Origin: Candidatus Dadabacteria bacterium UBA1144
GTDB taxonomy: Bacteria; Desulfobacterota_D; UBA1144
Length of the DNA stretch: 64,000 nucleotides
Direction: 5' to 3'
Assembly (NCBI GenBank): GCA_002311855.1
Contig: DCAB01000012.1
Span: forward strand, 388,112-452,111
Below are positions 53,033 to 62,212 of the stretch, piece by piece. The translations under genes were made by a program, and so were the position numbers. The notes under the pieces were generated by a model. That model searched no databases and was not told the DNA's origin. It saw only the letters and a list, made by a program, of their open reading frames with translations. Numbering within the stretch: position 1 is the first letter of the stretch; every line of letters begins with the position of its first letter.

Positions 53033-54597
53033 TTTATTTGCTTAATTTTAAAAAGATTCTTTGCCGCATTCTGCTTAATAAAAGTAATTATACTGTCATC
53101 AAAAAAATGAATTTTCTTATTTTCAGATAGACAATTTAAACCTCTATCTCCCGATAGAGTCTCGTATGGTTTTTTGCAAAAATTTGCGATGTTGAAGTAT
53201 ATTTTCTCAAATCCTTCTATTCTCTTGTTAAACTCTTTTCGAGTTTCTACTTTGCTAAACAATGGCAAATAGTAGGGTTTAATAGGAACGATATCTTGTC
53301 TTAGATAATCCAAGTCTCTTTCTCCAAAAATGACCGTAGCCCCTTCTTCGACTCCACTATATTTTTTTGTGATTTTTTCAATCCTTTTATTGTAATTTAT
53401 TTCTGTGTAAGAATATTGTTTATAAACAATGTTGAAAGAAAATGAAAATATTGCCGTAACGCATAATATTAAATAAATTTTATTAAATTCTTTAGAGTAC
53501 ATATTTTCCCTAGAAAGAAATTTAAACAATAGCCCTAGCGCAATTAAAAGAGTTGATGGGAATAAAATCCTGTATGAAAATGGAGAAAACCAAATAGTCA
53601 ATCTCCACAAAAATACTATAGCCAAATATAGTATTCCTGAAGATAGAAATTTATTTGAGATATTATTTAGAGATAAATCTGCAATCTTATTCTTCAAAAG
53701 ATGCTTGGTTAACGAATATGCTAGATATAATGATAGAGCTGACGATGAAATTGAGACCATTAAATTTTGATTCAATCTTACGCTCGCCATAACTAGATTA
53801 AATTCTTCAAGGATTTTTTTTATAAATTGGACTGATATATCTTGCCATAACTCGTATGTTATATATGCATGGGGATAAGTGATATATCCTGATGAAATTT
53901 TATTCATCAATAAATAGATCAAAACATATATAGATGAAGAGATCAGTAATGCCGTAAGATATTTTGGATATTTTTTGTTTTTTCCAAGAGCTTGAAATAT
54001 CAATAAAAGATTAAATATTAGTAAGTAAGCGCCAATATATCTACTTGTAAATGTTAGGACAAAAGCAAAAAATACATAGAGTAAATTTCTTTTGGATTGA
54101 AAATTTTCGAGTTCATAAATTCTTAATATATATAGAATCAAACCAAGTGCAAATAAGCTTTCGGTTAAAGTATAGGAAAATATATTAAGAAAACTTCCTG
54201 ATAGAAAGAGAATTCCGATTATAGAAAACCCAACTTTCAAATATCTCTTGACTGAAAAAATAATTAGAATAGCACAGATGATGTTAAGTAATTTTGAGGA
54301 CCAGAAAACACTAAGTTGGGATATTTTAGACACTAGAAAAATTAATAAAGGATAACCGACTGGCCATGTACTAAAAAAATTTTTAATTCCACTATTAGTC
54401 CAAGAATAAACATGAAACCCATTATCATTTTTCAATGACTGAGCCAATTTAAGAAAGTGAGTTGAGTCTGATGTTAGGAAACCGTTTGTATCAAAATATG
54501 AATTGGAAATTATAGAGTAAATTAAGCCAGCGATTGTAAAAGAAAAAATAAATTTTTCGTTTCTACTGAAATTAATTTTGTTTAATTCATCAGCCAT
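53029..54597 (-). CDS. GT-C-fold glycosyltransferase (ArnT/PMT-like, 4-amino-arabinose/mannosyltransferase family)
   Basis: 522 aa, more than 10 TM with a first-loop acidic motif region (FLTSDSTHF). Size and topology as in ArnT/PMT_2 enzymes. ATGA overlap with the downstream flippase gene. Confidence 0.55.
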   Translation of the reverse strand: MADELNKINFSRNEKFIFSFTIAGLIYSIISNSYFDTNGFLTSDSTHFLKLAQSLKNDNGFHVYSWTNSGIKNFFSTWPVGYPLLIFLVSKISQLSVFWSSKLLNIICAILIIFSVKRYLKVGFSIIGILFLSGSFLNIFSYTLTESLFALGLILYILRIYELENFQSKRNLLYVFFAFVLTFTSRYIGAYLLIFNLLLIFQALGKNKKYPKYLTALLISSSIYVLIYLLMNKISSGYITYPHAYITYELWQDISVQFIKKILEEFNLVMASVRLNQNLMVSISSSALSLYLAYSLTKHLLKNKIADLSLNNISNKFLSSGILYLAIVFLWRLTIWFSPFSYRILFPSTLLIALGLLFKFLSRENMYSKEFNKIYLILCVTAIFSFSFNIVYKQYSYTEINYNKRIEKITKKYSGVEEGATVIFGERDLDYLRQDIVPIKPYYLPLFSKVETRKEFNKRIEGFEKIYFNIANFCKKPYETLSGDRGLNCLSENKKIHFFDDSIITFIKQNAAKNLFKIKQIK

Positions 54598-54701
54598 TTT
54601 GATAATTCTATATTAATTTAATTTTATTTAACATCAATATTATCAATAAATATAATTGTTTGACTAATTGGTCAATTGAATTTATTATCCTTGACAATCC
54701 A

Positions 54702-55157
54702 ATGTTCAAAATCCTTAAGTATCTCTTCTCACTTTTGGAAGATACAAAAACTTATAAATGGGCGGTCGTCGGTCTCTTTGCTCTAGTATGCGACTACAAT
54801 CTATATAATTTTCTACTCTCAAGGATTGATATGGATTTAGCAAAAGCTACATCAACTTTTTTGGGAGTGAATATATCGTTTCATTTTAACCGCTTCTGGA
54901 CCTTTGAATCGATATCAAGTTATATAAATGATCTGAGAAGATATGTTGCTCTATATTCTGTCACGATTTTAGTAAATGTTTATACCAACAAAATTGTGTA
55001 TATGATATTGCTGGATGTATATCATAATCATATTCAGAACCAATTAATGCAACGAGGTACAATCATTAATATTGCCTACTTTGCTGCCTTGTGTGTTTCT
55101 GTGATTATAGGATATTTTGGTCAGAGACTTTGGGTTTTTAAAAATAGATTAAACTAG
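54702..55157 (+). CDS. gtrA: GtrA-family membrane protein (polyprenyl-phosphate-sugar flippase-like)
   Basis: Tracked from TTG 54660; ATG 54702 gives about 151 aa. 4 TM and the conserved C-terminal RLWVFKNR motif of GtrA proteins. Confidence 0.7.
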   Translation: MFKILKYLFSLLEDTKTYKWAVVGLFALVCDYNLYNFLLSRIDMDLAKATSTFLGVNISFHFNRFWTFESISSYINDLRRYVALYSVTILVNVYTNKIVYMILLDVYHNHIQNQLMQRGTIINIAYFAALCVSVIIGYFGQRLWVFKNRLN

Positions 55158-55175
55158 GTTATATTTTTTAGATAA

Positions 55176-56159
55176 ATGAAGAAAATTTTATTGACTGGTG
55201 CTGCTGGATTTATCGGGTATCATCTATCTGATTTTTTACTTAACAAAGGCTTCGAAGTTTACGGACTAGATGACCTAAACAATAATTATGATAAAAGAAT
55301 TAAACAATGGAGAATTTCTCAATTGGTTGGTAAAAAAAATTTTCATTTTACCAAAATCAATATCGTTTCACCGTTGAATCTTAATGAATATTTTAGGAAA
55401 AACTTCAAATCGAATAAGCTTGATGCAATTATTAACCTGGCTGCAAGAACGGGTGTAAGGAAATCTACTTTAGATCCGGATTCATATTACAGATCTAACG
55501 TTATTGGGGTTCTCAATTTGGTTAAATTAGCAAATCGTTACTCAATTAAGAGCTTTGTTCATGCTTCAACATCAAGTGTGTATGGCAAAAGTAGAAAGAA
55601 AAATTTTAAAATTACAGATGATACAAATAGGCCTCTATCAAATTATGCTGCTTCAAAAAAAGCATCCGAAGTTTTACTCTATGCGTATCATATGCTCCAT
55701 AAGCAAAATATTACCATATTGAGACTTTTTACTGTCTATGGTCCTGCTGGCAGACCTGATATGAGTCCATTTATCTTTATCCAATCCTCAATTAATTCAG
55801 ACCCAATTAATTTGTTTGGTACGGGGAAACAACAAAGAGATTTTACTTATGTTGACGATGTTATTGTTGGGATTTATAAATCACTGAAATTAAAAGGGTA
55901 CAATGTTCTAAATTTAGGCAACAATAAGCCAATTTCGATAAACCATCTTATTGTGAAGATATCCGAATTATCAAAAAACAAAATAAAAATCAACAAAAAG
56001 CCTCCAAATCCGGAGGATGTTCCTTTCACCGCGGCCAATATATCGAGAACAAAACAATTAATTGGATGGGCTCCTAAAACGGGAATAGATCAAGGACTTC
56101 AAAAAACTCTCAAATGGCATTTAAAAAACAAAGAATGGTTAAGCAAGATAAAGATTTAA
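55176..56159 (+). CDS. NAD-dependent nucleotide-sugar epimerase, UDP-glucuronate 4-epimerase-like
   Basis: 327 aa. Rossmann TGAAGFIGYHLS, the NNNYD(KR) motif typical of UDP-GlcA 4-epimerases (Cap1J/LpsL-like), catalytic YxxxK (YAASKKA). Confidence 0.8.
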   Translation: MKKILLTGAAGFIGYHLSDFLLNKGFEVYGLDDLNNNYDKRIKQWRISQLVGKKNFHFTKINIVSPLNLNEYFRKNFKSNKLDAIINLAARTGVRKSTLDPDSYYRSNVIGVLNLVKLANRYSIKSFVHASTSSVYGKSRKKNFKITDDTNRPLSNYAASKKASEVLLYAYHMLHKQNITILRLFTVYGPAGRPDMSPFIFIQSSINSDPINLFGTGKQQRDFTYVDDVIVGIYKSLKLKGYNVLNLGNNKPISINHLIVKISELSKNKIKINKKPPNPEDVPFTAANISRTKQLIGWAPKTGIDQGLQKTLKWHLKNKEWLSKIKI

Positions 56160-57244
56160 TAGAAGATTTGGTAAAGATCTCAAAATATTTTGGACAAAGA
56201 TTTGATTTGATTCAGGCTGCTGGCGGAAATTCTTCTATAAAAATTAACAAGAGAATGTTTATTAAGTCCAGCGGATATTCCTTATCGGAGGTTGAACTTA
56301 AGAATGGTTATTCTGTTCTCCGGAATGATAAATTGACCAACTTCCTATACAAGATAAAGAATTATATTGTTAATAGTCGGATAGAAAAAAAGTCTTTCCA
56401 TATTTTGAAAGATTCTATTATAAAAGGAGATAATCCATCAATAGAGACTTTCTCGCACTCCATTCTGAAGAAATTTACTATTCACCTCCACCCAATTGCA
56501 AGCAATATAATTTCCGTGAATCGAGAGTCAAAAATTTTTTTTAATCAAATATTTTCTAAAGAAATAAGTGATGGAATTATATTTTATATCAAGTATAGAA
56601 CCCCAGGTATAGCCCTGGCGACTGAAATAACTAATCACTTATTACCTTATGATGAAAAGATAAAGATGAATAAATCTGTCGTGCTTTTTTTAGAAAACCA
56701 TGGACTTATTTGCTCATCTGACGATAAGAAGGAACTAATAAAATCTGTGGAAAGAATTATGAAAAAATTTGAAAATTTTTTAAATATCGATTTAAAAAGA
56801 TATAAATTTACTACAAAAATATCTAAAGTTTTGTGGGAGCAAAATTATAAAAATCTAGTTTCTTATTATAGTGAAGATTTGATATTAAATAATTTTCTTA
56901 AATCAAAAAATCTTGATAAAATCCTAAAGCCTTTAAATCCAGACGGATTACTATATTGTGGGGAAAGTCCTTTGATTGTCAGGGGACCACTTGAAAAAAA
57001 TATTTTATCTTACATAAAAAAATTTCATACTTACCCAAGAGTTGTAATTACAGGTAAGAATATTTATTTTGTAGCTCCCAATGTCTTAAAAGCCAGAGAA
57101 ATAGAAGATGTTTTCAAATCTCATTTGTATTTTGATCATTACGGACAAACCAAACGCCCACTTCTAAAAAAACATATAAACAAACTTGATTCCTACAATC
57201 CTCAGAAGAACAGACTAAGATTTTGGTTTGATTATGACAAATAA
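56114..57244 (+). CDS. Class II aldolase/adducin-fold protein with about 170-aa C-terminal extension
   Basis: 376 aa. N-terminal AAGGNSSIKINKRMFIKSSGYSL resembles the GxxGNxSxR...PSG pattern of class II aldolase/epimerase-fold enzymes. Overlaps the epimerase 3' end by 46 nt. Confidence 0.45.
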   Translation: MAFKKQRMVKQDKDLIEDLVKISKYFGQRFDLIQAAGGNSSIKINKRMFIKSSGYSLSEVELKNGYSVLRNDKLTNFLYKIKNYIVNSRIEKKSFHILKDSIIKGDNPSIETFSHSILKKFTIHLHPIASNIISVNRESKIFFNQIFSKEISDGIIFYIKYRTPGIALATEITNHLLPYDEKIKMNKSVVLFLENHGLICSSDDKKELIKSVERIMKKFENFLNIDLKRYKFTTKISKVLWEQNYKNLVSYYSEDLILNNFLKSKNLDKILKPLNPDGLLYCGESPLIVRGPLEKNILSYIKKFHTYPRVVITGKNIYFVAPNVLKAREIEDVFKSHLYFDHYGQTKRPLLKKHINKLDSYNPQKNRLRFWFDYDK

Positions 57245-57550
57245 CTTACTAATTCTATGTCTATTCTCTGAAATAATTTTATAAGATTTTTTTCTAATAG
57301 CATTAGGTACCATCTTCAATATTTTAAAAACGATTGATGAGCTTTTGTTTGTGCGCATTGATTCTAACACTGCATCCGAACCAGAAAAATATTTATTGTC
57401 AGATTCAAAAACCATTTCTTTTTTTATAAAATTTTCTTTTTTCAACTCATCAATATCTAAAATTTCTATCTTGTTAATTTCGTTTGATTTGATATATGCG
57501 GCATATTTTAGACAAATATCACAAGATTTATCTATATAAAGTTTTTTCAT
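57215..57550 (-). CDS. DUF393 (DCC-family) thiol-disulfide oxidoreductase-like protein
   Basis: Tracked ORF runs to 57616 and overlaps the tRNA. ATG at 57550 gives MKKLYIDKSCDICLKYAAYI with the N-terminal CxxC typical of DUF393. Confidence 0.55.
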   Translation of the reverse strand: MKKLYIDKSCDICLKYAAYIKSNEINKIEILDIDELKKENFIKKEMVFESDNKYFSGSDAVLESMRTNKSSSIVFKILKMVPNAIRKKSYKIISENRHRISKLFVIIKPKS

Positions 57551-57590
57551 AATTAAACTAATTCTATCTTTTAATGATAGAATATTCCAA

Positions 57591-57662
57591 GCCGCTTGTA
57601 GTGTAATGGATAACACACTTGACTTCGGATCAAGTAATTGGGGTTCGAGTCCTCACAAGCGG
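57591..57662 (+). tRNA. tRNA-Arg (anticodon UCG)
   Basis: Folded by hand. Acceptor CCGCTTG/CAAGCGG, D-stem GTGT/ACAC with AATGGATA loop, anticodon stem CTTGA/TCAAG with loop CTTCGGA (U33, anticodon TCG), variable TAAT, T-stem TGGGG/CCTCA with loop TTCGAGT, discriminator G. No encoded CCA. Confidence 0.8.
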
Positions 57663-57665
57663 GTA

Positions 57666-59411
57666 TTAAATTTCATATTCCATAATTGGCTTTGCACCTA
57701 CAATATTATCATTTATCACCGAGGTTAACAGCTTCCTAATCTTATCGGGCTGGGTGATTTTGAGGCAATTGTCCAATGCTGATTTACAATCTTGATATGA
57801 TAAATCATGGATAACACTTTTTATTTTCGGTATGGAATGATAATTCATACTTAATTCATTAACGTCCAAACCGATAAAAACGGGCAAACACGCTATATTG
57901 TTAGCCATTTCTCCACAAACTGAAACATATTTCTGATTGGAAACACTATCCATTATAAATTTAAGCATTCTTATAACGGATGGTTGAAAGGGAGAAAAAA
58001 TCTCACCTAAATTCTCATTTGTTCTGTCAGCTGCAAGAGTGTATTGTATCAAGTCATTTGTTCCTATACTTAAAAAATCGACATAATTGCATATTTCAGG
58101 AATAAGCATTGCTGCCGAAGGTGTTTCTACTACAACGCCAATGGGTACATTCTTTTCTAATGTAAAACTCTTTTTTAAATTATCTATGATGCCAATTGAT
58201 TCGATAATTTCATCAATTGTAGATATCATGGGGAGAAGTATTCTTATAGTTTTCTTTTTATCCTGTGCAACTTTAAGTATTGCATTAATTTGAGAAATAA
58301 AAATTTCCTTATTTGCTAGTGAATACCTTATTCCCCTTAGACCTAGAGCAGGATTATTTTCTTGATGATTTAAATTTCCACTTTTATCTCCCCCGGTATC
58401 AAGTGTCCTTATGGTGGTTTCATTAAATAAATTATCCTCAAATAGGTTCAAGTAATCTAGGTATTGTTCTTCTACTGAAGGAAACTGCTCTTTTCTGGTA
58501 AATAGAAATTCTGTCCTGTACATACCAATACCTTCCGCTCCATACTTTTTTGCCACCTTTAGCTCTGAAGTCAATTCAATATTGGCTCTAATTGAAATAA
58601 CTTTCTTATCTTTTGTCTCACCTGACAATTTTGAAAAACTAAGTAGGCTTTCTTCCAGAGAGACATACCTATTCTTTAAATTTTCCATCTCACCTTTTTC
58701 GGATTTCGTAACTTTCCATGTAGCTATACCCTTATATCCATCGACATAAATCTTTTGTCCTGGATTCAATCTAATGCTAATATCTCGTAAAGACATAATT
58801 GTAGGAAGACCCATGGATCTTGCAATAATAGCTGTATGAGATGTTGTTCCCCCCAAATCGGTAAGGATTCCTCTGACTTTATTGTTTTTAGAATATTTTA
58901 AAGCATCTATTGGAGACAAGTCGTGAGCAACAAGTATTATGTTGCCTTTGATGTCTGCTAAGGGTTCACTGGTTCCTCTTAAATTCTTCATTATTCTTTC
59001 AGCTATATAATAGAAATCAGCCAATCTTTCTCTCATGTACTGATCTCTAACTTTTGAAAATTCTTTGCTTTTATTGGTTAATACATTATTTAGTGCCCAT
59101 TCAGCATTTATTAGCTTGGTTTCAATTGTGCTTATAACTTCTCCAGCTAGGATTTCATCCTCGAGTATGAGAATATTGAAATCAAGTATTTCTATATGCT
59201 CTATCTTGTATCCATAATCTTGATTAATCTTTAAACTGCTAATTTCACTCTTTGATATCTCAACGGCTTTTTGAAATCTATTTATTTCATTTATTATTTC
59301 ATTTTTTTTAATTTTTCTTTTTTCAACAGCCATTTTCGCCTGATTGATTAATAGAACATTGCCTACTGCGAAACCAGGGGATATAGCAAGACCTCTTTTT
59401 TCTTCACTCAA
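57666..59411 (-). CDS. ptsI: Phosphoenolpyruvate-protein phosphotransferase (PTS enzyme I)
   Basis: 581 aa. PEP-utilising-enzyme mobile domain with the catalytic His region (GGTTSHTAIIARSMGLP) and a C-terminal TIM-barrel domain. No GAF domain. Confidence 0.9.
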   Translation of the reverse strand: MSEEKRGLAISPGFAVGNVLLINQAKMAVEKRKIKKNEIINEINRFQKAVEISKSEISSLKINQDYGYKIEHIEILDFNILILEDEILAGEVISTIETKLINAEWALNNVLTNKSKEFSKVRDQYMRERLADFYYIAERIMKNLRGTSEPLADIKGNIILVAHDLSPIDALKYSKNNKVRGILTDLGGTTSHTAIIARSMGLPTIMSLRDISIRLNPGQKIYVDGYKGIATWKVTKSEKGEMENLKNRYVSLEESLLSFSKLSGETKDKKVISIRANIELTSELKVAKKYGAEGIGMYRTEFLFTRKEQFPSVEEQYLDYLNLFEDNLFNETTIRTLDTGGDKSGNLNHQENNPALGLRGIRYSLANKEIFISQINAILKVAQDKKKTIRILLPMISTIDEIIESIGIIDNLKKSFTLEKNVPIGVVVETPSAAMLIPEICNYVDFLSIGTNDLIQYTLAADRTNENLGEIFSPFQPSVIRMLKFIMDSVSNQKYVSVCGEMANNIACLPVFIGLDVNELSMNYHSIPKIKSVIHDLSYQDCKSALDNCLKITQPDKIRKLLTSVINDNIVGAKPIMEYEI

Positions 59412-59674
59412 GATTTCTCTCCAAATTTATCATTGAATAGTTTTTCGATTTCTTTAATTGCTTTTTTCTCATCCAGTCCTATAGCTTGAATATCAATCTC
59501 CGAATTAACACTAGCAACCAATGACAATATCCCCAATATGCTTTTGCCATTTGCGCGGAGATTTCCTCTTGAAATTGTAATCTCAGAGCTAAATTTATTG
59601 GTCAATTGAACAAGTTTTGATGCAGCTCTTGCATGGAGACCTAATTTATTAGAAATCGTTATTCTTTTTAGCAT
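59408..59674 (-). CDS. ptsH: Phosphocarrier protein HPr
   Basis: 88 aa. Active-site His-15 region GLHARAAS. Confidence 0.85.
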   Translation of the reverse strand: MLKRITISNKLGLHARAASKLVQLTNKFSSEITISRGNLRANGKSILGILSLVASVNSEIDIQAIGLDEKKAIKEIEKLFNDKFGEKS

Positions 59675-59677
59675 CGA

Positions 59678-60496
59678 TTAGTTTAGCAAATTAATTAAAG
59701 TACGTGATATTCTCTTGGTAAACTTGTCATTGACGATTATATCATTTTCATGATTCATTTGCATTGAAAAAGTTTCAGTTTTAAGTTCGATACGCAATGG
59801 AAGATGTATATCAAATTCTTTAAACAATTCATATTTTGAATATTTAATTTGCATTTTTCTTCCATTGTCAATTGATATCTCTTTTATCTGGTTCGTTTTT
59901 AAATTAATTATGCATTTATTTTTATTTTGAAGAATAATAAGTTCTTCACCCTCGATTCTATAAGTATAAGGACTATCAACGAAATCCAGAATATTTAATC
60001 CTAATAGTATATTATTCAGCTCTTCGATCTCCAAAGAGAGATTCATGCGTTTTTTGTTGAATATGCTTAAATTAAAATTATTGATATCTCTGACTCTATC
60101 CCTTTTCCCTTTTCTTTTATATACAATTGATTCCCCACTCGAATTAAATTCTGCTATTTTAATCTTCCATATTGCAAATATATCAACATGTATCTTTGAT
60201 TTTTTCTCTATATAAAAATGTTGTTGTAATTTGAATCTTTTTCGAAATGGAAAATTGTAAATCACACTACCTTTAATTTCAGCAGTCTTTATTAATTTCT
60301 TTTTATCTTCTAATTTGTGAATTATTTCTTTGACTTTTTTATTGATACTCTTATCATTCGGATTGGTTAAATTGTCATTTCCATATGAGCTTAATCCTGA
60401 GCAAGATATAGATAATATAATTAAAACTATTCTAATTATTGATTTCATTTGACTTAAATTAAAACCCATTGAAGATTCTAGCTCTATTCTAACCAT
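59678..60496 (-). CDS. Hypothetical lipoprotein (possible LolA/LolB-like fold)
   Basis: 272 aa. Signal peptide with lipobox LSISCSG, beta-rich K/N-rich mature domain. No confident family. Confidence 0.45.
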   Translation of the reverse strand: MVRIELESSMGFNLSQMKSIIRIVLIILSISCSGLSSYGNDNLTNPNDKSINKKVKEIIHKLEDKKKLIKTAEIKGSVIYNFPFRKRFKLQQHFYIEKKSKIHVDIFAIWKIKIAEFNSSGESIVYKRKGKRDRVRDINNFNLSIFNKKRMNLSLEIEELNNILLGLNILDFVDSPYTYRIEGEELIILQNKNKCIINLKTNQIKEISIDNGRKMQIKYSKYELFKEFDIHLPLRIELKTETFSMQMNHENDIIVNDKFTKRISRTLINLLN

Positions 60497-60541
60497 TTCT
60501 AGGCATATTGACTAACATTATCAATTTGTTTAAATAACTAA

Positions 60542-61612
60542 ATGGATTATATCGTAAATAAAATATTATCAGGGAAGAGAATTGACAAAACTGATGGATT
60601 AGAAATATTGAAAAATTTTTCTACAATTGAAATCGGTCAATTTGCCAACTTCTTAAAAAACAAACAGGGTATTAACAATGAAGTGAGCTTTGTTGTTGAC
60701 ACCAATCCGAACTACACTAACATCTGTGATACGGAATGTCTTTTTTGTGCGTTTTGGAGGCCTAAAGATGCATCGGATTCTTACACCCTATCATTAGATA
60801 AAATTATTGAGATTGCAAAGACATCATATCATAATGGAGTTACGACAATACTCCTTCAGGGAGGACATAATCCTTCTATTAAATTAAAATATTATTGTGA
60901 TTTAATTAGGAGAATCAGAGAAGAGGTTCCTGGAATTCATCTTCATGCCTTTTCTGCACCAGAAATATATTCCATCGCAAAGTATTCCTCGATTACTACA
61001 GAAGAGCTTCTTAATCAATTTTGGGAGTTGGGGTTAAGAACTATTCCGGGCGGTGGAGCGGAGGTCTTGTCTAATAAAACAAGAAAAAAAATAAGCCCAC
61101 TAAAAATTTCTGCAGACGAATGGATTCGAATCATCAAAGAAGCACATGCTATAGGATTTAAAACAACGGCTACTATGATGTTTGGTCACGTAGAAGAGGA
61201 TGAGGACATCATAGAACATCTGTCAGTGATTAGAAATCTACAAGATGATACTAATGGATTTTTATCTTTTATCCCTTGGACATTTAAACCAGAAAATACT
61301 TTTATGGAAAGAACTATAACAACCGAAATAGGCAGTGATAGATACTTAAGAGTTCTTGGGCTATCAAGAATTTTTCTTGATAATTTTAAATACATTCAAA
61401 GTTCGTGGTTTACGCAAGGTTTTAAAGTAGGAGGTATCGCATTATATTACGGGGCAAACGATGTTGGTGGAACTTTGCTCCAAGAAAATGTTCTGAAATC
61501 TGCGAATAACCCCTACAGAGCAAATATTGACGATATAGTTCACTTAATTAAATCGGAAGGTTTTATCCCTATTCAAAGAAATACTTTTTATGAACCAATT
61601 AAAATTTACTAA
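60542..61612 (+). CDS. Radical SAM enzyme of the CofH/MqnC/MqnE family (futalosine-route menaquinone biosynthesis-like)
   Basis: 356 aa. NYTNICDTECLFCAF cluster motif characteristic of this family, TIM-barrel radical SAM core. Confidence 0.7.
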   Translation: MDYIVNKILSGKRIDKTDGLEILKNFSTIEIGQFANFLKNKQGINNEVSFVVDTNPNYTNICDTECLFCAFWRPKDASDSYTLSLDKIIEIAKTSYHNGVTTILLQGGHNPSIKLKYYCDLIRRIREEVPGIHLHAFSAPEIYSIAKYSSITTEELLNQFWELGLRTIPGGGAEVLSNKTRKKISPLKISADEWIRIIKEAHAIGFKTTATMMFGHVEEDEDIIEHLSVIRNLQDDTNGFLSFIPWTFKPENTFMERTITTEIGSDRYLRVLGLSRIFLDNFKYIQSSWFTQGFKVGGIALYYGANDVGGTLLQENVLKSANNPYRANIDDIVHLIKSEGFIPIQRNTFYEPIKIY

Positions 61613-62133
61613 ACATTATACAATTCTTCTTTAAATGAGTTGATTTCTTTTTTATGTGACGAGGAATTATTTTGCCAATTGCAAATCGTTTTATACATAT
61701 CATGAATAAATATTTGTAGATTTTTTCCCCTAACGTTCCATTTGTTATTCAACGAGAACATTGAAATAAATTTTTTTGAAAAATAGACTTGTTCATATTG
61801 TGTGGACTTGTTCTCACTTCTTTGGAACCTGATACTGCAATAACAGTCAGCAAAAATTATGCTATATCTTTCATTCAGTCCTAATCTTAATGAAGCGGCG
61901 ATAACCATTCCTTGACAAATGGCAGAAAACAAATCAGATTCAACATTTTTAGATAAATTAAATTTTCTAAATAAATTATCACCCAATACCGCCTTACCTT
62001 TATATATTAATCTTGGAATATCTTCATTGTGAATCATGTCTTCTTCGAATTCACCTATATTGCCACATAGGATAAGACTTTCTCTTATCTCGTCCCACGT
62101 ACTTTTTTTAGTGGTCTTTAATTTATTCTCCAT
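61609..62133 (-). CDS. Hypothetical protein
   Basis: 174 aa. A stop lies immediately upstream of the start Met. Weak resemblance to the C-terminal half of PNP/MTAN-type nucleosidases, not enough to call. Confidence 0.35.
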   Translation of the reverse strand: MENKLKTTKKSTWDEIRESLILCGNIGEFEEDMIHNEDIPRLIYKGKAVLGDNLFRKFNLSKNVESDLFSAICQGMVIAASLRLGLNERYSIIFADCYCSIRFQRSENKSTQYEQVYFSKKFISMFSLNNKWNVRGKNLQIFIHDMYKTICNWQNNSSSHKKEINSFKEELYNV

Positions 62134-62212
62134 TTTCTATCCAATTATAACTTAGTTTGAATAAACCTTTTATTATATGTAAAATAGATAGTGTTTTCGT
62201 GGTGTGAATTAA

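Noticed and set aside
57551-57616. N-terminal 22 codons of the tracked 133-aa minus-strand ORF
   Set aside because: They overlap tRNA-Arg. The internal ATG at 57550 gives the DUF393 CxxC N-terminus, so the upstream extension is an artefact.
61609-62133. Calling the 174-aa ORF a futalosine hydrolase (MqnB)
   Set aside because: Only a faint similarity to the C-terminal half of MTAN/PNP-fold nucleosidases. It is too short and lacks the N-terminal phosphate-binding region. Left as hypothetical.
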